Shown here one piece after another: positions 19,901 to 33,287 of a stretch of DNA of 64,000 nt. Position 1 is the first letter of the stretch. The number at the start of each line of letters is the position of its first letter. A model generated the notes under the pieces. That model made no database searches and was not told where the DNA came from. It saw nothing but the letters and a program-made list of their open reading frames with translations. Made by a program: the position numbers and the translations under genes. The stretch is from Diplonema japonicum (lineage: Eukaryota; Protista; Euglenozoa: Diplonemea), in contig OZ025725.1 in the NCBI GenBank assembly GCA_964019335.1, positions 248,001-312,000 of the forward strand, in the 5' to 3' direction.

Positions 19901-20184
19901 GAAAGCAGAAGCGAAGCAAAGGCGGATCGAAGATGCAAAACTCAGGGCGAAGGAGTTAGAAGAGACACGGAAGATGCAGGCTATGGTGAAGCTTCAGGAG
20001 AAGGAGCACCGTCAGAAGGCGATGCAGGAGCAGGTGAGGCAGCAGAGGCTGTGGGAGCAGAACGAGAAGAAGATCAAGATGCTGGACGCAAAGGAGGCGG
20101 TGGAGAGGCAGAAGAGGAAGGAGAAGTACGAGAACGAGTTGAGGCAGCAGCAGGTGCAGCAGAAAATGGACAGGATATTGTATG

Positions 20185-20217
<33 letters not shown>

Positions 20218-20385
20218 TCTATTCCCACTCCTAGGTCGAACGAGGATGCGAAGTGGCAAGCAGTTCAACAGCAGAGGATGCATCTTGTGTCATCGAGAGG
20301 GCCTGCCACTCCGAGGAGCAACCCTTCATCACCTCGTGCTGGGGCTACCCGCAGGAGGCACTCAGTTGGCAAAAGCACGCGCTAG
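18668..20385 (+). CDS. Coiled-coil hypothetical protein, copy B
   Basis: Same exons and introns as 490-2224; visible differences are microsatellite/homopolymer lengths and the last codons (GKSTR vs GIKR). Confidence 0.8.
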
Positions 20386-20764
20386 TTTTAACAGAGCTAT
20401 TCATAAATACTTTGTAGTTGTATTGTACAATCCCTCTCATAGTTTTATTTCTTTTTGTCGTACCCTTCCCCCTTGGTACATTGTGTAGACCCCCTTGCCC
20501 CTTCACTCCCATGTATATTGATGGCCCCTGGGGGAAAGAATGGAACAAACCCATTTTCTCACCCTCCCTTCTTGGGCCTTGACGTTGTTGTGAGCATTCG
20601 TCCATTTTTCGTTCCCCTTTTTTTTCCCTCTCTTTTTTATTTTTTTTTACACAACAAAAAAAAATTGCGGTTTACTGCCTTACCGATACCTCGAGGTTCC
20701 ACATTTTACCATCGAGGGCTCTTGCGGCTAAAAAGTGTGCAGAGCCGAGAGGACGGTAAAACAA

Positions 20765-20910
20765 ACTCTGAAATTACTTAACCACGAAGGGGGCAATACG
20801 GGGGTTACAGCAAAGCACGCCTCCTTCCCCCCTTTGTAGGAGCAGTCTCTGCCGCTCTACAGAAACACCCAAAGTAATAGTAATGAGTGCGTGAAGTAAT
20901 TTTCAGAGCG
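20765..20910. mobile_element. MITE-like element
   Basis: Imperfect TIRs CTCTGAAATTACTT ... AAGTAATTTTCAGAG with a non-coding interior. Confidence 0.6.
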
Positions 20911-21104
20911 AGAAGTAAATAAATAAATAAATAAAAAGATTATTGACGAAAGTATTTCTTTCAAAAAAAAAAGAGAAAATCCCCCCCCCCCCTCCCTCTG
21001 CACTGCGTTTCTTTTCCCTCTTTTTTGTAATTTCTTTTTTGCGAACATCTACGAAAAACAAAAAATAGACAAAAAAAAGGAGGGGGGAGAAGGGGAAAAA
21101 AAAA

Positions 21105-22907
21105 ATGATGCTGCTAGCAGCGACAGAAGGGGAAGGGACATTACGGCAGCAGAAGCAACAAGTACTGACCAACGAGATGCTGCTCAGCGATGTAGAGTCA
21201 CACGAAGACAGGGTGGAGAGGCAGCACGCAAAAATGCACGAGGTGTGCTGCGCCCAACAGATGGAACTACAAACGTGGCATCTAGAAGCAAACAAATCCC
21301 TGGAAAGCCAACAAGAACGGACTAAATGGGCCGCCCTCCCCGACATAACAGCAGAAGACATCATCCAGTCCTACGGAATGAAGACAAGCGTGCACGACGT
21401 TGCAAAACTATCCGCAAAGTTCTCAGGCGAAAAGGGAACAGAAGGGTACTACTACGAAAACCTCGAAAAAATGCTGGAACGCTTGAAGGCCGGTAAGCTA
21501 CACGGGACCCAAGAAAGCCTCGCACACTTAAAAGAACCCCCCGGCAAAAACGGTGCTGACAATTGCACTTTAATCAATGGCTTTGTGGAACTATACGGGC
21601 TGAGCAGAACAAAACCCGTAGAAATATCGGAGATATTGGTTCTGCTCAACAAAAGCGAATCGACCATCAAGGACTTAAGAAAACGCTTTGACCAACTAGA
21701 TGTTCAACACACCCAAGCACTCCATGAGCGAGAAGACATGGGCGCCGCGGAGATCCTCCACAACCAGCTAGACGATGTGCTAGAGGAAATTGTCAGCCTC
21801 CGCTTAGCAAGGCTGTCATTGCTCTTAGATTCCGCACAAGGCGAAAAAACCATAGGCGCGGTCAGTGAAATAACAAACGATTTGACAAACCTTATCGAAA
21901 ACGCCAGGCATTTCAAAGAGGACTGGACGGAACAAATCACGAACGACTTGGACGCTTTGGAAAACGGGATGCGGAAGAACTTGCAAACCCAACAAGACGA
22001 AGGTTTGTTGATGCAGCGATTGTACGGCAAGTGCAAGACGAATCTGATAGACAACACGCAAAAGCAAGGGAAGATATTTGAAAACATCAAAAAGATGTAC
22101 GAAGACCTCCAGGCTCTCGGAGAGGAACGGCGTGGTCTCGTCGACGACCTCCTCCACGAAAAGTCACAACACGAGGAACGCGTCGCGGCCACCGTTCAAA
22201 CAAACAACGTTTGCCAGCAACACAAAACATCTTTAGAAAAAATCCTTACCGGTTTAGAAACCATCGATTCACCCCTGAACCTTCTCGAATTATTCATGAG
22301 CGAAACAAGGGAAAAAACCATCCTGGCTACCAACCAAGCAAAACTGGAAACCGAGCACATCTTGCTAAAAGAAAGAAGAGCACACTTCGCGGAGTACTAC
22401 GATTACTATCTCCTGTTGGGCGAGCTTCTCTTTGCAAAAGAAAGCCGTTTGCAGGAAATCTGCGACCAGCGAGATGTGTTTGACCACCTCATCAACATGA
22501 CAAAGACAACACTGGACCCTAAAAAAGTTTATTACCAAGAACAGCTGCGAGAACTGACACACATTAAACAAGCGCTTGAGATCGACATAGACACTATCAG
22601 GCAACGAGCTGATCAAGCAGTCGAAGATGCCACACCTACAGAGGAGGCCCTTCTTGAGTCAGGCGACAAGATAGTTTCTCCGGTTATCGAATTGCAAGAG
22701 CGTAATAGTGAAAGGCAGAGGGATATCATTGCTATGAGGAAGCAGCTTTTAGACAGTAAGAAGCGGTCGGTTGACATACAAGAGGAAGACAGTACAACGA
22801 AGGTCAAAATGGCGAAACATGCCAGGATCACCGGCCTTGGTAGCCACATGTTGCCGTTGTCGCCTGATGGTTTACGACCGAAGAATTGGTGTGTTTGGAG
22901 AAGGGGG

Positions 22908-22942
<35 letters not shown>

Positions 22943-23019
22943 TTAGCCCGACCCCCGAGGAGCGCCGGAGAACTTACGCTGAGAAACTGCGGAAAACAAT
23001 CAGCGAAAACGAGCGGTAG
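21105..23019 (+). CDS. Divergent paraflagellar rod (PFR) family protein (intron 22889-22946)
   Basis: C-terminal half follows the PFR1/2 pattern: YLLLGELLFAKESRLQEI, TLDP, PTEEAL..G...VSPVIELQERN..R. Confidence 0.75.
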
Positions 23020-23174
23020 CAGTAGCAGGGTGGGTGGTGTATCTTTCCAGTTATCCCCTCCCCCGCTATGAAAGGAGAAGAAAAAAATGTTTATACCGAG
23101 TTTTTTGTTTTGTTTTTTTTTATACTACCTATATATCTTCCCTGTATTTTTTTTTTTTTTTTCAAATTGTAAAA

Positions 23175-23206
<32 letters not shown>

Positions 23207-23343
23207 AGAAGAATGCGTTGAAGTTCCCTCCCTCCTTTTTTTTTTTTTTTTTTTCCATCGCTAAATAGCTCCCACATTTTCTTCTTTTTTTTTTTTTATC
23301 TTAATAAACCACACTATAATGCCCCCCATACAGGTGTGTGGGA

Positions 23344-25389
23344 ATGGAGAACACCGAAGTGCCGCAAGGGGACGTAGGCAATCTGCCACCTCCTCTGCCC
23401 CCTGCACCTCCTGCAATGGACCAAATGTCGGGGCAAGAGGGTATGCTAAGCCCTCCCTCCGCAGCCTTCGTCCCATACCAGTCTCCAAAGGGTAAGGGCA
23501 AAGGGAAAGGAAAAGGATTCGGAAAGAGCGGGAAGAAGAATAACTTCGAGACGGGGAAGGGTTTCGGATGGGATGGAGGGAAAGGAAAGGGGAAGGGGAA
23601 GAGCGACTACGGGGGTTTCAAAGGAGACGGGAAGGGGAAGAAAAAGGGAGGAAAGGGTAAGAAAGGCGGCGGCAAGAAGGGTATCCCACCCCCACCGCCT
23701 CCTCCGGGCGACATGATGGGTGGGTTCCCTCAAGGCCTGCCAGGTGGGTTGCAAATGGGTTTGCAAGCTATGCAAGGGCTCCCAGCGATGCCGCAGCAAC
23801 AGCAGCAGCAGCAACAACCCCAGCAACAGCCTGCCCTGCCCAGCCGGCAAGACACCGTTCTGAATATCTTCAACCTCCCTCCTATGTGGACAGGCATCGA
23901 TCTTGGTCGATTCTTTGAGCAGTACGGCAATGTTCTCGAATCGCAGGTAATCCCCAAGGGCGACACTTCCATGGGCAAGGTTGTGCTGAGCCAGCCGCAA
24001 GAGGTCGTCAACGCGGTGCAGGGCATACCCGTTGCCGACCCCATCGATGGGAAGTACAAGCTCCAGGTCGAGATCCACGACCCTGAAGAAGCCAAGCAGC
24101 CCCCGCCCCAGCCGCAGGTGCCTCAGCAGCCACAACAGCTCCAAATGAAGCCCGCGACACCTCAGCCTGTCCTCCCACCTGCCGGTGCGGGTGTCAACCA
24201 GGACATGTTGAAGCAGTTGCTCCTTGGTGGTGCTGGTAATGCTAATTTAGTATGAAAAAGAATAAATAAAGGAGGGAGGGGGTAAAATGCACAGATGGCC
24301 GGTCTTTCCCAGGCAGCACCCTCGCCAACCCCTGCGACCCCTGCCCCGACGCCCAACTTCGCTTATAACAAGAGCGGTGGTGGTGGTGGTGGTGGTGGTG
24401 GGAACTTCGGCAGGCAGCAGCAGCAGCAGCAACAGCAGGCACCCAACGTTGCGAACCTCTTCTCCGCTCTCCCTCAGCAGCAGCAGCCCTCCCTCCCATT
24501 CCAGGGTGGCGGTGTGCCCCCTGCTTCAGCACAAGCAGCCCCTGCGATCAACCAGCAGCTTTTGGAAATGCTCATGGTATCGGAAGGAGCTAAAAAATAA
24601 TGCATCCCTCACATCACAGAAAGCACAGAAGCCTGCAGAAGCAGCTCCGGTTCCCGTCCCTACACCCACACCACTGATGCCCACTGCTGCTAGTGTGATA
24701 GGCTCGCTGCCAGCGTCGCTGCAGGCGAGCATCACGCCAAGCATCGCGCAGCAGGCGCAGCAACTGGCGGCGCAGCTTTCAGGACAGGGCATGCAGGGAC
24801 AGGCGGGCATGCAGCAAATGCAGCCAAACATGGTGCACCAGAGCCAGGAGCTCCCCAGCGCTCGGTACTATGTGGTGAAGAGCCCGGACCACGACTTCCT
24901 GCAGCAGTCCCTCATCAATGACGCGTGGTTCGTGGACGACGCGCAGTTCGCCAATGCACTCAACCAGAACTACAGGACTGGCGTCAAGTCGGTGCTGATC
25001 TTCATCGCCAAGGGCATGAGGTGTGAAGGGGTCAAGGCAGCTATAAAATGAATGAAATAAAAAAAAATAAAAACAGATGCTTCGCCGGGTACGCCGAGAC
25101 CGCAGGCCTCACGAGGAACCGAACCCCTGCCGATGACGCGACCCTCCCTCCTAGCTGGCAGACCGTTCTGAAGGTGACATGGAAGAACATCGGCCGTGTT
25201 GACTTCGATGCGACGAACCAGCTGACTGCAAACGGTGGGAAGTACGTGCACGAGGCGGCGAATGGGGAGGAGCTGCCAGTAAAGAGTGGTATGTGAAACA
25301 AGGTTTAAAAAAAAAAAAAAAAAAAAAAAAGGTAGCGCATTGTGCGAAAGGATTGAAAACAGCGGGGAACAGCAACAAGGCGGACAGCA

Positions 25390-25421
<32 letters not shown>

Positions 25422-25711
25422 AACAGGTACAGGCTGCTCAAGCTGCCCCTCAAGTGCAGCAGAAGCCGATGCAGCAGCAGCACCACCAGCAGCAGCAGCA
25501 ACAGCCTCAGCAACAGCAAAATCTCAACATTCCTGGCTTGGGAGGCCTTGGAAACGTTAATATTGCTGCCCTGATGGCGGCCATCTCCAACTCCCAAGCA
25601 CCTGCTGCCCCTCAGCAGCAGCAGCAGCAGCAGCAGCAGCCACAGCAGGGTCTAGACCTCTCCTCGCTCAACGAGGAGCTGATCCGTCGCGCTCTTGCGG
25701 GTGGGAATTAA
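23344..25711 (+). CDS. RRM + YTH-domain RNA-binding protein with G/K-rich and Q/P-rich regions (introns 24250-24294, 24577-24619, 25021-25076, 25289-25331)
   Basis: RRM: LNIFNLPP..DLGRFFEQYGNV. YTH: ARYYVVKS...W...LIF...FAGYAE...VTW...NGEEL...G.ALC. Four GT-AG introns restore the frame. Confidence 0.8.
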
Positions 25712-25805
25712 AAAAAAAAAAATAAAAAAAAAAAGTGATGTGAAATGAAGAGTCAGAGTGTGTTGAAACACAACGTTTTTTTTTAATATTTTTTTATTCC
25801 GAACG

Positions 25806-25838
<33 letters not shown>

Positions 25839-26611
25839 TTTTTATTTGCATCTGCAGTGAAAATGTCTTTTTTTTAACAAAAAAAAAAAAGTGTTGGGGA
25901 GATTCAAAGGGGGGGAGAACAAAAGAGTATTATGAAAAAAAAAAAATGAGTGTTTCTTTGTTCCGCTCGCTATAAAAAAATATATATATTTAAGTGTTAA
26001 TTGCCTTATATTATTTCTTTTTTTCTTTCCCCCCCCTTTTTTTTGTCTTTTGCTGTTTGAGTTGTTGCTGTGCTTACGCCAAAAGAAATTCTTCTTTCGC
26101 TCTGTTCCCCCTCCCCCCCCTTTTTTTTCATCGATTTGTGTCTGAGAGGGAAAAGTACTCGAAAAAGAAAAGAAAACATATTTTGAAGGATAAGCCAGCG
26201 GTTCCCCCTCCCCCCCTCTTATTTATTTGACCACATCCCCCCCCTCCTTTATTCTCCTCCTCTTTTATTGTAATTCCTGCCCCTCTTTGTTTTTTTATGC
26301 CAAATGTTTTTGCAAGAATTTTGCAAGAATCCGTCTTTGACCTGTCTAACCAAAAGGGAGCCGTACAAACAGCAGCCAGGTCCTCTTTTTTTTCTTTCTC
26401 CGTATTGAAGAGGTGAAGTAAGCTGTACTTTCTGGAGCAAAAGCCCTTTTTGTGCTGCTCTACCCCCTAACACACCACGCTTTGGGGAACGCAATAAGGG
26501 CAACAACGACATACGGTAAGGCCCCACAAACCCCATTTTCCCTCTTTTTTTTTGGGGGGGGGGGAAGTTAAGCACCAGCAGGCCAGGGGAAGCTGTATCC
26601 TCTAAACTTTA

Positions 26612-26654
26612 GGCGGGCCGTTGCTAACCACTTCGTTCCTATCATAGTGAATTT
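26612..26654. repeat. 43-bp dispersed repeat, copy 2
   Basis: Identical to 8322-8364. Confidence 0.9.
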
Positions 26655-26836
26655 TCTTTTTTTTCGTGCAGGGCGCCACCAACACTGGCCTCCTTAATCT
26701 CTTTTTTTCTTTTTTTTTAATTTTTTTTTTTCTTGGTCTTGTGACGACTCGACTCTTTAAACAAGGAGGGAAACGTTTCTTTTCTTTGGAAAGTGGAAAA
26801 GTGGAGTTTTTTTTTTTTGATTTTTAGTTCACACGA

Positions 26837-27023
26837 CACTCTGAAATTACTTCATCGCGAAGGACAGGCGATGCAGCCTTACCTTGGCTCATAGAGAAGA
26901 GGGCGCCCTCCCACTGATTCTCCACCTGGAAAAGCTGAACATTAGAACCTGGGGCATTATTACCACAGAAAGCCACTATTGCTTTCACTTCACGGGAGGT
27001 GCGTGTGAAGTAGTTTCAGAATG
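26837..27023. mobile_element. MITE-like element
   Basis: 18-bp TIR CACTCTGAAATTACTTCA / TGAAGTAGTTTCAGAATG (2 mismatches). Confidence 0.7.
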
Positions 27024-27185
27024 AGTAAAAATAAAATGAATGTGGTGGAAAATAATGTGCTCATGTCTGCCAAAAAAAAAGTCTTTTTTATTGTTTTTTT
27101 TCTTTTTTTTCTTTTTTCTTTTTAAAGGGTGGTCTTCAAGTGGGATTTGCCCTTCAACACCGCCCTTTTTTTTTTTTTTTGGTTC

Positions 27186-27224
<39 letters not shown>

Positions 27225-27384
27225 AAAAGACCTTGAAACAACCCTAAAAGGACCTACCTTTGCTTGGGCAAGCGCAAAAATAAAGAAAACCGCCGCCAAC
27301 CCCCATCTTTTCATCACACACACACAAATACAAACAAACAAAAAAAAAAGGGACGAAACCAAAAAAAAAAAAAAAAAAAAAAAA

Positions 27385-29046
27385 ATGACCCTGAGTTTAC
27401 ATTTTAATTTCCAGCCTCTACCGGAATGGGTCTCCCAACCACTGCTGGCCTACGACAGGGCTCTTGCCCGGACACCCGCAAGCAAGCTGACTCTGCTCTG
27501 CATAGTGATGTTGATAATGGTTCAAAAAATATATGGAATGTGGACAACCGGCCTCGACGACACAGTAGGCGAAGCAAGGGCATGGGTGTTCGCCTGTGTG
27601 AGGAAGTACCTAGGCGGCAGCCTTGGCATCGACAAGGCTATGAAAGAAGCAAAAACACAATTCGCAAAAGATTTTTCGCAACGACAGGCGTCGATCAAAC
27701 GCGTGACACGAACCCTCCCCACGACATCTAACAGCCACTCAGACGTCCTGGATCTCTGCAAAGAGATCGCGGGCATCAACTGCGACTACAGCAAAGGACA
27801 GTACAGCGGCTGTGTGTACCACGGCGACCCACAGTACACAGAATTCATCAACAAGGCTATGGCACTGCACCAATGGACAAACCCCCTTCACGCAGCACAA
27901 TTCAGCGGTGTCAGGAAAATGGAAGCAGAGGTTGTCTCAATGGTGGTAAACATGTTCAACGGAAGTGAAGAATGCTGCGGGGCGATGACCTCCGGAGGCA
28001 CCGAGTCCATCCTCCTCTCCATGAAGGCCTACAGGGAGCTCGCTAGGATCGAGAAGGGGGTCACAAAGCCCGAACTCATTGCCCCAACCACCGCACACGC
28101 CGCCTTCGACAAAGCCGCGCATTATTTCGGGATAAAAATCAAACACGCTAAAATCGATCCCGCAACATGTAAGGTGGACATGAAGCACATGAGGAGCCTC
28201 ATCACCTCGAACACCATCTGCCTCGTCGGGTCCGCCCCGCAATTCCCCCACGGGATCATCGACCCTATTCAAGAGATCGCGGCGATCGGGAAGGCGAAGA
28301 ACATCCCGGTCCACGTGGACGCGTGCCTCGGGGGCTTCATCCTCGCCTTCGCGGAGAAGGCAGGGTTCGAAGTTGGCGAGAAATTCGACTTCAGGGTCCC
28401 GGGGGTCACCTCCATCTCCTGCGACACACACAAGTACGGGTTCGCACCCAAAGGGAGCAGCACAATCCTGTACAAAACACCGGAGATTAGAAAGCATCAG
28501 ATGCACTCAGCACCGAACTGGCCCGGTGGGATCTACGCCTCGCCCACCATCAGCGGGTCGCGTGTCGGGAACGTGGTGGCGGGGACATGGGCGGCGATGA
28601 TGTCGCACGGGCTGGAGGGGTACGTGCAGTCGACGAAGGAGATTATATCAGCAACGAGATACGTAACACAAGAATGCAAAGAAACGCAGGGACTGCAGGT
28701 AATGGGCGATCCTATAGCTAGCGTTGTGGCAGTAAAGTCAGATGAGTTCGACATCTACAGGTTGGTCACGCACCTCGCGGAGAAAGGGTGGGAGATGAAC
28801 AGCCTGCAGTTCCCCCCATCGATGCACATCTGCTGCACGAGGCTGCACGCCATCAACGACATGGAGAACTCGAAGAGGCTCATCGCTGACATCAGGGAAG
28901 GCTGTGCTTACCTCATGAAGACAAAGCATGACAAAGCACAAGGCATGGCAGCCCTTTACGGCACCACTCAGACTATCCCCGACAGGTCCATTGTCACTGA
29001 GGTCGCGCTTTCATATTTTGAAGCGTATTACGATATTCGCCGATAG
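27385..29046 (+). CDS. SGPL1: Sphingosine-1-phosphate lyase
   Basis: N-terminal TM, SGCVYHG, TNPLH, TSGGTESI, HVDACLGGF and the PLP lysine motif SCDTHKYG. Confidence 0.95.
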   Translation: MTLSLHFNFQPLPEWVSQPLLAYDRALARTPASKLTLLCIVMLIMVQKIYGMWTTGLDDTVGEARAWVFACVRKYLGGSLGIDKAMKEAKTQFAKDFSQRQASIKRVTRTLPTTSNSHSDVLDLCKEIAGINCDYSKGQYSGCVYHGDPQYTEFINKAMALHQWTNPLHAAQFSGVRKMEAEVVSMVVNMFNGSEECCGAMTSGGTESILLSMKAYRELARIEKGVTKPELIAPTTAHAAFDKAAHYFGIKIKHAKIDPATCKVDMKHMRSLITSNTICLVGSAPQFPHGIIDPIQEIAAIGKAKNIPVHVDACLGGFILAFAEKAGFEVGEKFDFRVPGVTSISCDTHKYGFAPKGSSTILYKTPEIRKHQMHSAPNWPGGIYASPTISGSRVGNVVAGTWAAMMSHGLEGYVQSTKEIISATRYVTQECKETQGLQVMGDPIASVVAVKSDEFDIYRLVTHLAEKGWEMNSLQFPPSMHICCTRLHAINDMENSKRLIADIREGCAYLMKTKHDKAQGMAALYGTTQTIPDRSIVTEVALSYFEAYYDIRR

Positions 29047-29875
29047 TTAGGTGAGAGATTTTTTTTTTATACCCCCTTCGCTATCCTATTCCCTGCGATC
29101 TGTTTGATATTTTTTCCCCTCCTTTTTTCTCTCTCTTTTTCTCTGTATGGGGAAAAAAAAAAAAAAGTACAAACTCCTTCTTAAAGGAAGTATTTCAAAA
29201 AAAAAAAAAGATTTACACAAAACTTCATATTTCCTTCTTTTGTTTTATAAAAAAAAAAAAGAAAACGAGTCTTTTTGGCTTGCTTAAAACAAAAGGGTGA
29301 AGGGTGGGAGCGATGTATTTATATAAACTTTCTCCAGGTTTCTACCCTTTGCAACGACCCCCCCCCCCCCCCCCCCCCCCGGCACGTACAAAAACAAAGG
29401 CCAGTTCCTCTTTTTTTACGCGCTGCAGACGTGGGGGAGCGGGATCGTTGCTATCCCCCTCCCCCCCGGCTGTGTACAAACAACAAATCAGCTGACACTT
29501 CTTCTTTTTCCGTTTAAAAGTCTACTTCTTCGTTCTCCCTTACTTCCCATTATTTTCTTTCTCCTCCCACCTTTTTCGTTTTTACTTCTTTTTTATTTCT
29601 TTTTTTTTTTTCCCTCAAAACTCTCGGCAACCCAGTGCTCCCTGAGATCCTGGACACAAAAGCCAGCTGGCCTGCAACTGACCTGCACCGAGTCTGAACA
29701 GCTTCGATGAGAACTGTGAACGTCAGTTAGAGGGCAAGCCTGAAGGGCCGAATACCCCAAGAACTTTTCCTGCCCGCCCGAAAAAAAAAGAAAACTTTTT
29801 TTTTCGTTCCTCCGAACATAAAAACTAAAAAATAAAAATAAAAATAAAAAGGTGGCGTAACAACAAAAGGAAAAA

Positions 29876-32369
29876 ATGGTTCTCAAGGGGGTCCAGCTAC
29901 TAGTCGCAGCAGCGGCGGTAGTAGTGGCAGAGGGGAGGGGTGAGTGGTGCGTGGCAGAGAAGGCAGCCCAAGGCCACGCCAGAGAGTTCAGGGGGACGTT
30001 CAGGGACTTCAGCATGTACGCCGGCGTGGGCAAGGTCCCCGCGTGCAAGGACATCACAAAGCACGTGGAGGGCAACGACGGTCTCTGGGTGCTCGAGTTC
30101 GACAAGGAGAGCGACTACACCAACGCCAAAGAACGTCTGCAGGCTGCCAACATGAAAATCTTCTTCGACAGCGGGAAGCTATCGTTCGTGACAAACGGCG
30201 GAACACAGCTGACGGACATTGTGGGCCTCGACGGGTGCGGAGGCGAGGTGGGTACCTCTGTCATCCCTGTCTCCGCCACCAAGGTGATCCCTTCCCCAGG
30301 GCCTTCCGACGAACTCCTTACAAGAGGCGCTCTCAGGAACGATCCTGTAATTGCTGCCGCCGTCAGCCACGTCAGCGAAAGCGAGCTCGTCGACTTCGTC
30401 ACAAAACTGCAGTCTTACCACACAAGGAACTCCTACTCCACCGAGGTCGCTGAGGCGGGGCAATGGATTGAAAAGCAGTACGAGGCGTACGGGTTCGCCA
30501 CCGAAACCCACAGGTTCCGTGAGGACATGTCTCCCAACCTCATCGCCACCCTCAAGGGCAAGACCAACCCCGAAAAGGTAATCGTTGTCGGCGCGCACTA
30601 CGACAGCAGATCCACCAACAGCAACAGTAAAACACAGCGTGCCCCAGGTGGCGACGATAACGCATCAGGCACCTCCGCTCTTCTTGAGCTTGCCAGGGTT
30701 ATCTTCACACGTAAGCTTTCCTTTGACTACACCATCAAGCTCTGCTCCTTCTCCGGAGAGGAACAGGGTCTTCTTGGGTCTGCTGCCCAAGCTCGTTTGT
30801 GGAAACAGCAGGGCATGGCCATCGAGGCCATGTTCAATGCAGACATGCTTGGGTACCAAATCCCCACCGATCCCATCACCATGGGCTTCAAGGACAGGCA
30901 TATTGACCATGCCTTGACCGAGCAGGTCATGCGGATCACAGAGGACTACACGGGGCTCCCTACCGCGTACTCCGCTTCGTGCTGCTCCGACTACAAGTCC
31001 TTCCACGACGAGGGGTACGTTGCGGTGGGATTCTTCGAGAACGCGATCGCCGCCTCGTCGTACCCTCATTACCACAAATCTACCGACTTACTTGAGTACA
31101 TCAACACGGAGCAGCTTCAGAAGGAAGTTCAGGCCATTGTCGCAACAGTGATGACCTACGCCCATGTGGTGCACGATAAGCTGGACGATGTTCTTCCCTC
31201 CAGGGACACCTTCATATACCTCGCACCCATCGACACCGTTGGAGGTGCTGTTGTTCCCAACCTGAACAGGACGGTAGTCGCGCTGTACGACAAGCTGGCA
31301 ACCGTTCCTGTCGGGTGGAACGCGGTAAGGATCAACCCCAGCGTGCCGAAGTACCTTGTAAGAAGCAGGCATCACGACGATAGGGAAAACCTCAAGGCAG
31401 CCTACGGCAGCGATCTGATCCAGATCAGCGAACAATTCTTCATCATGGCGACAGAAGAAATAGGCGAGAGGAAGGCGCACTCCTGCGGAATCCTGACGCT
31501 GAAACCGCAACCGGGTTCCGTAAAGGCAAGCATGATGAAGAGCCCGAGAGCAGGGATGACCACCGCACAGAAAAACCAAGAAAAGGCATTCTACATGAAC
31601 CTCGTAACCGAAGGGTTGGTGCAGTCTATTCTAAGACCGCTAAGCGGTGATGAACCAATTGTGGTTAATGGAGTGTCGGAAAGAGTGGCGACTAGATACT
31701 CATTTGTAGAATGGAACAAAAAGGCAGCGGAATGGATTGGTGAGTACATGATCAAGCACGCTGCATGTGATGATGTCGTCTACCAAGAGTTCGCAGTGAG
31801 AAGGGAAATGACGAGGAATGTGATTTGCAAGAAGATCGGGCTGACACAGCCGGACGATATCGTGGTTATTGGTGCGCACTTTGATTCCATCAGCTCTGCG
31901 AACGGTGGCAAGTCAGCCGAGTTTGCCCCTGGCGCCATCGACAACGGAAGTGGATCCACAAATGTGATGGCAGTGGCACAAGCGTTGAAAAATTTCAAGA
32001 ACGACAAGACCATTCACTTCATCCTATTCTCCGGTGAGGAACAAGGTCTCTACGGGTCCACCCACTATGTCGACGTTGCACTGAAAGAAGGTCTTAAAAT
32101 CGATGTTGCGTTGATTATGGACATGACCGCCTATTCTGCTAAGCATTTTGGAGTCACATTTGAAGGTACCACTTCTCCTGCCATTCGGGCTGTAATGGAC
32201 AACGCTGAGGACAACCTTGCCTACCTTAAAGAGACGCTTGGGTCCAACCTGGCTACGAACCACGTGACTAGGTCGTTTGGGTCGGACCACGTTCCTTTTC
32301 AGAAGGCGGGTATTCCTGCTATTCTTCACATTGAGCTGGATGACACTGACTACCCTGGTATGAGATTTC

Positions 32370-32400
<31 letters not shown>

Positions 32401-32505
32401 GGGTACCACAAAACAACCGACACTGTCAGCTATGCCAACTACCTGCAAATGCGTGACATTGGGCGTGTGATTCTTGGTCAGGTGTATGATTATTCCACGG
32501 CGTAG
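29876..32505 (+). CDS. Secreted M28 aminopeptidase with two tandem catalytic domains (intron 32358-32401)
   Basis: Signal peptide. First domain GAHYDS/GDDNASG/GEEQGL/YH; second GAHFDS/AIDNGSG/GEEQGL/SDH/YH, with the last His supplied by exon 2. Confidence 0.9.
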
Positions 32506-33287
32506 ATGGTTTACGTTTTGGTTTTTTTTTTTTGTAATTGTTTTCTGTTCTGTTTGTGTTTCTCGGCTTCTCCTATTTTTCCTTTGTGTTTTGAATTTTT
32601 TTTTCTCAAAAAAACTTCTTCTTTCTTTTTTTTTGTTTTTTTTTCTTTTTTTGAATTTTTGTGTTTTCTTCTTATCATAATACACCTGCAGCGGGTGTCG
32701 GGAGGAGAAGGGGAAAAAAAAAAGAGGGGAAGAAAATGAAAAAAGAAATAGGAACAACAAAAATTCATAAAAAAAAAAAAAACGGAAGAAGAAAGAAAGA
32801 AAAAAAAAAGAAGAAAAAAGAATACCGTGTGTATGTAGTAAGAGGGAAAAAAAAGGGGGGGGATACTCTACCTTATTTATTAAACTGCGGCAATCTTTTT
32901 TTCTACCCCGCCCCATACTTTTTCTTTCTTCTTTAGTCGTCAGCAGCAATATTTTTACATTATTATTATCTTTTTTTTTTTTCCCTTTTGGAGTAGAAAT
33001 TGATTCCAGTCATTCAAAATAACCCCAGATTGATTTTGGAAAAGAAAGGAGGAAAAAGAAGGGAGGGAAGGAAAAAAAAAAAAAAAAAGAGTGGCTCAAC
33101 TTTGTTTTTTTCGTCTTGCGGTAAGAGGGTGTTTTTTTTTTTTTTTTTTTATATTATTATTCTTTCCCTCCCACCCCCTTTTTTTTTTCTTTCGTAAGTC
33201 AAACGTGCATTTTTTTTTTCTTTTTTTTCTTTTTTCTGCTTTGTGAGGGGGGGGGGGGGGGGGGGGAAATCAGCTAAGGAAAAAAAA

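Noticed and set aside
29620-29780. Possible snoRNA or pseudogene fragment upstream of the M28 gene
   Set aside because: No properly arranged C/D or AGA/ACA boxes with stems; translation is uninformative.
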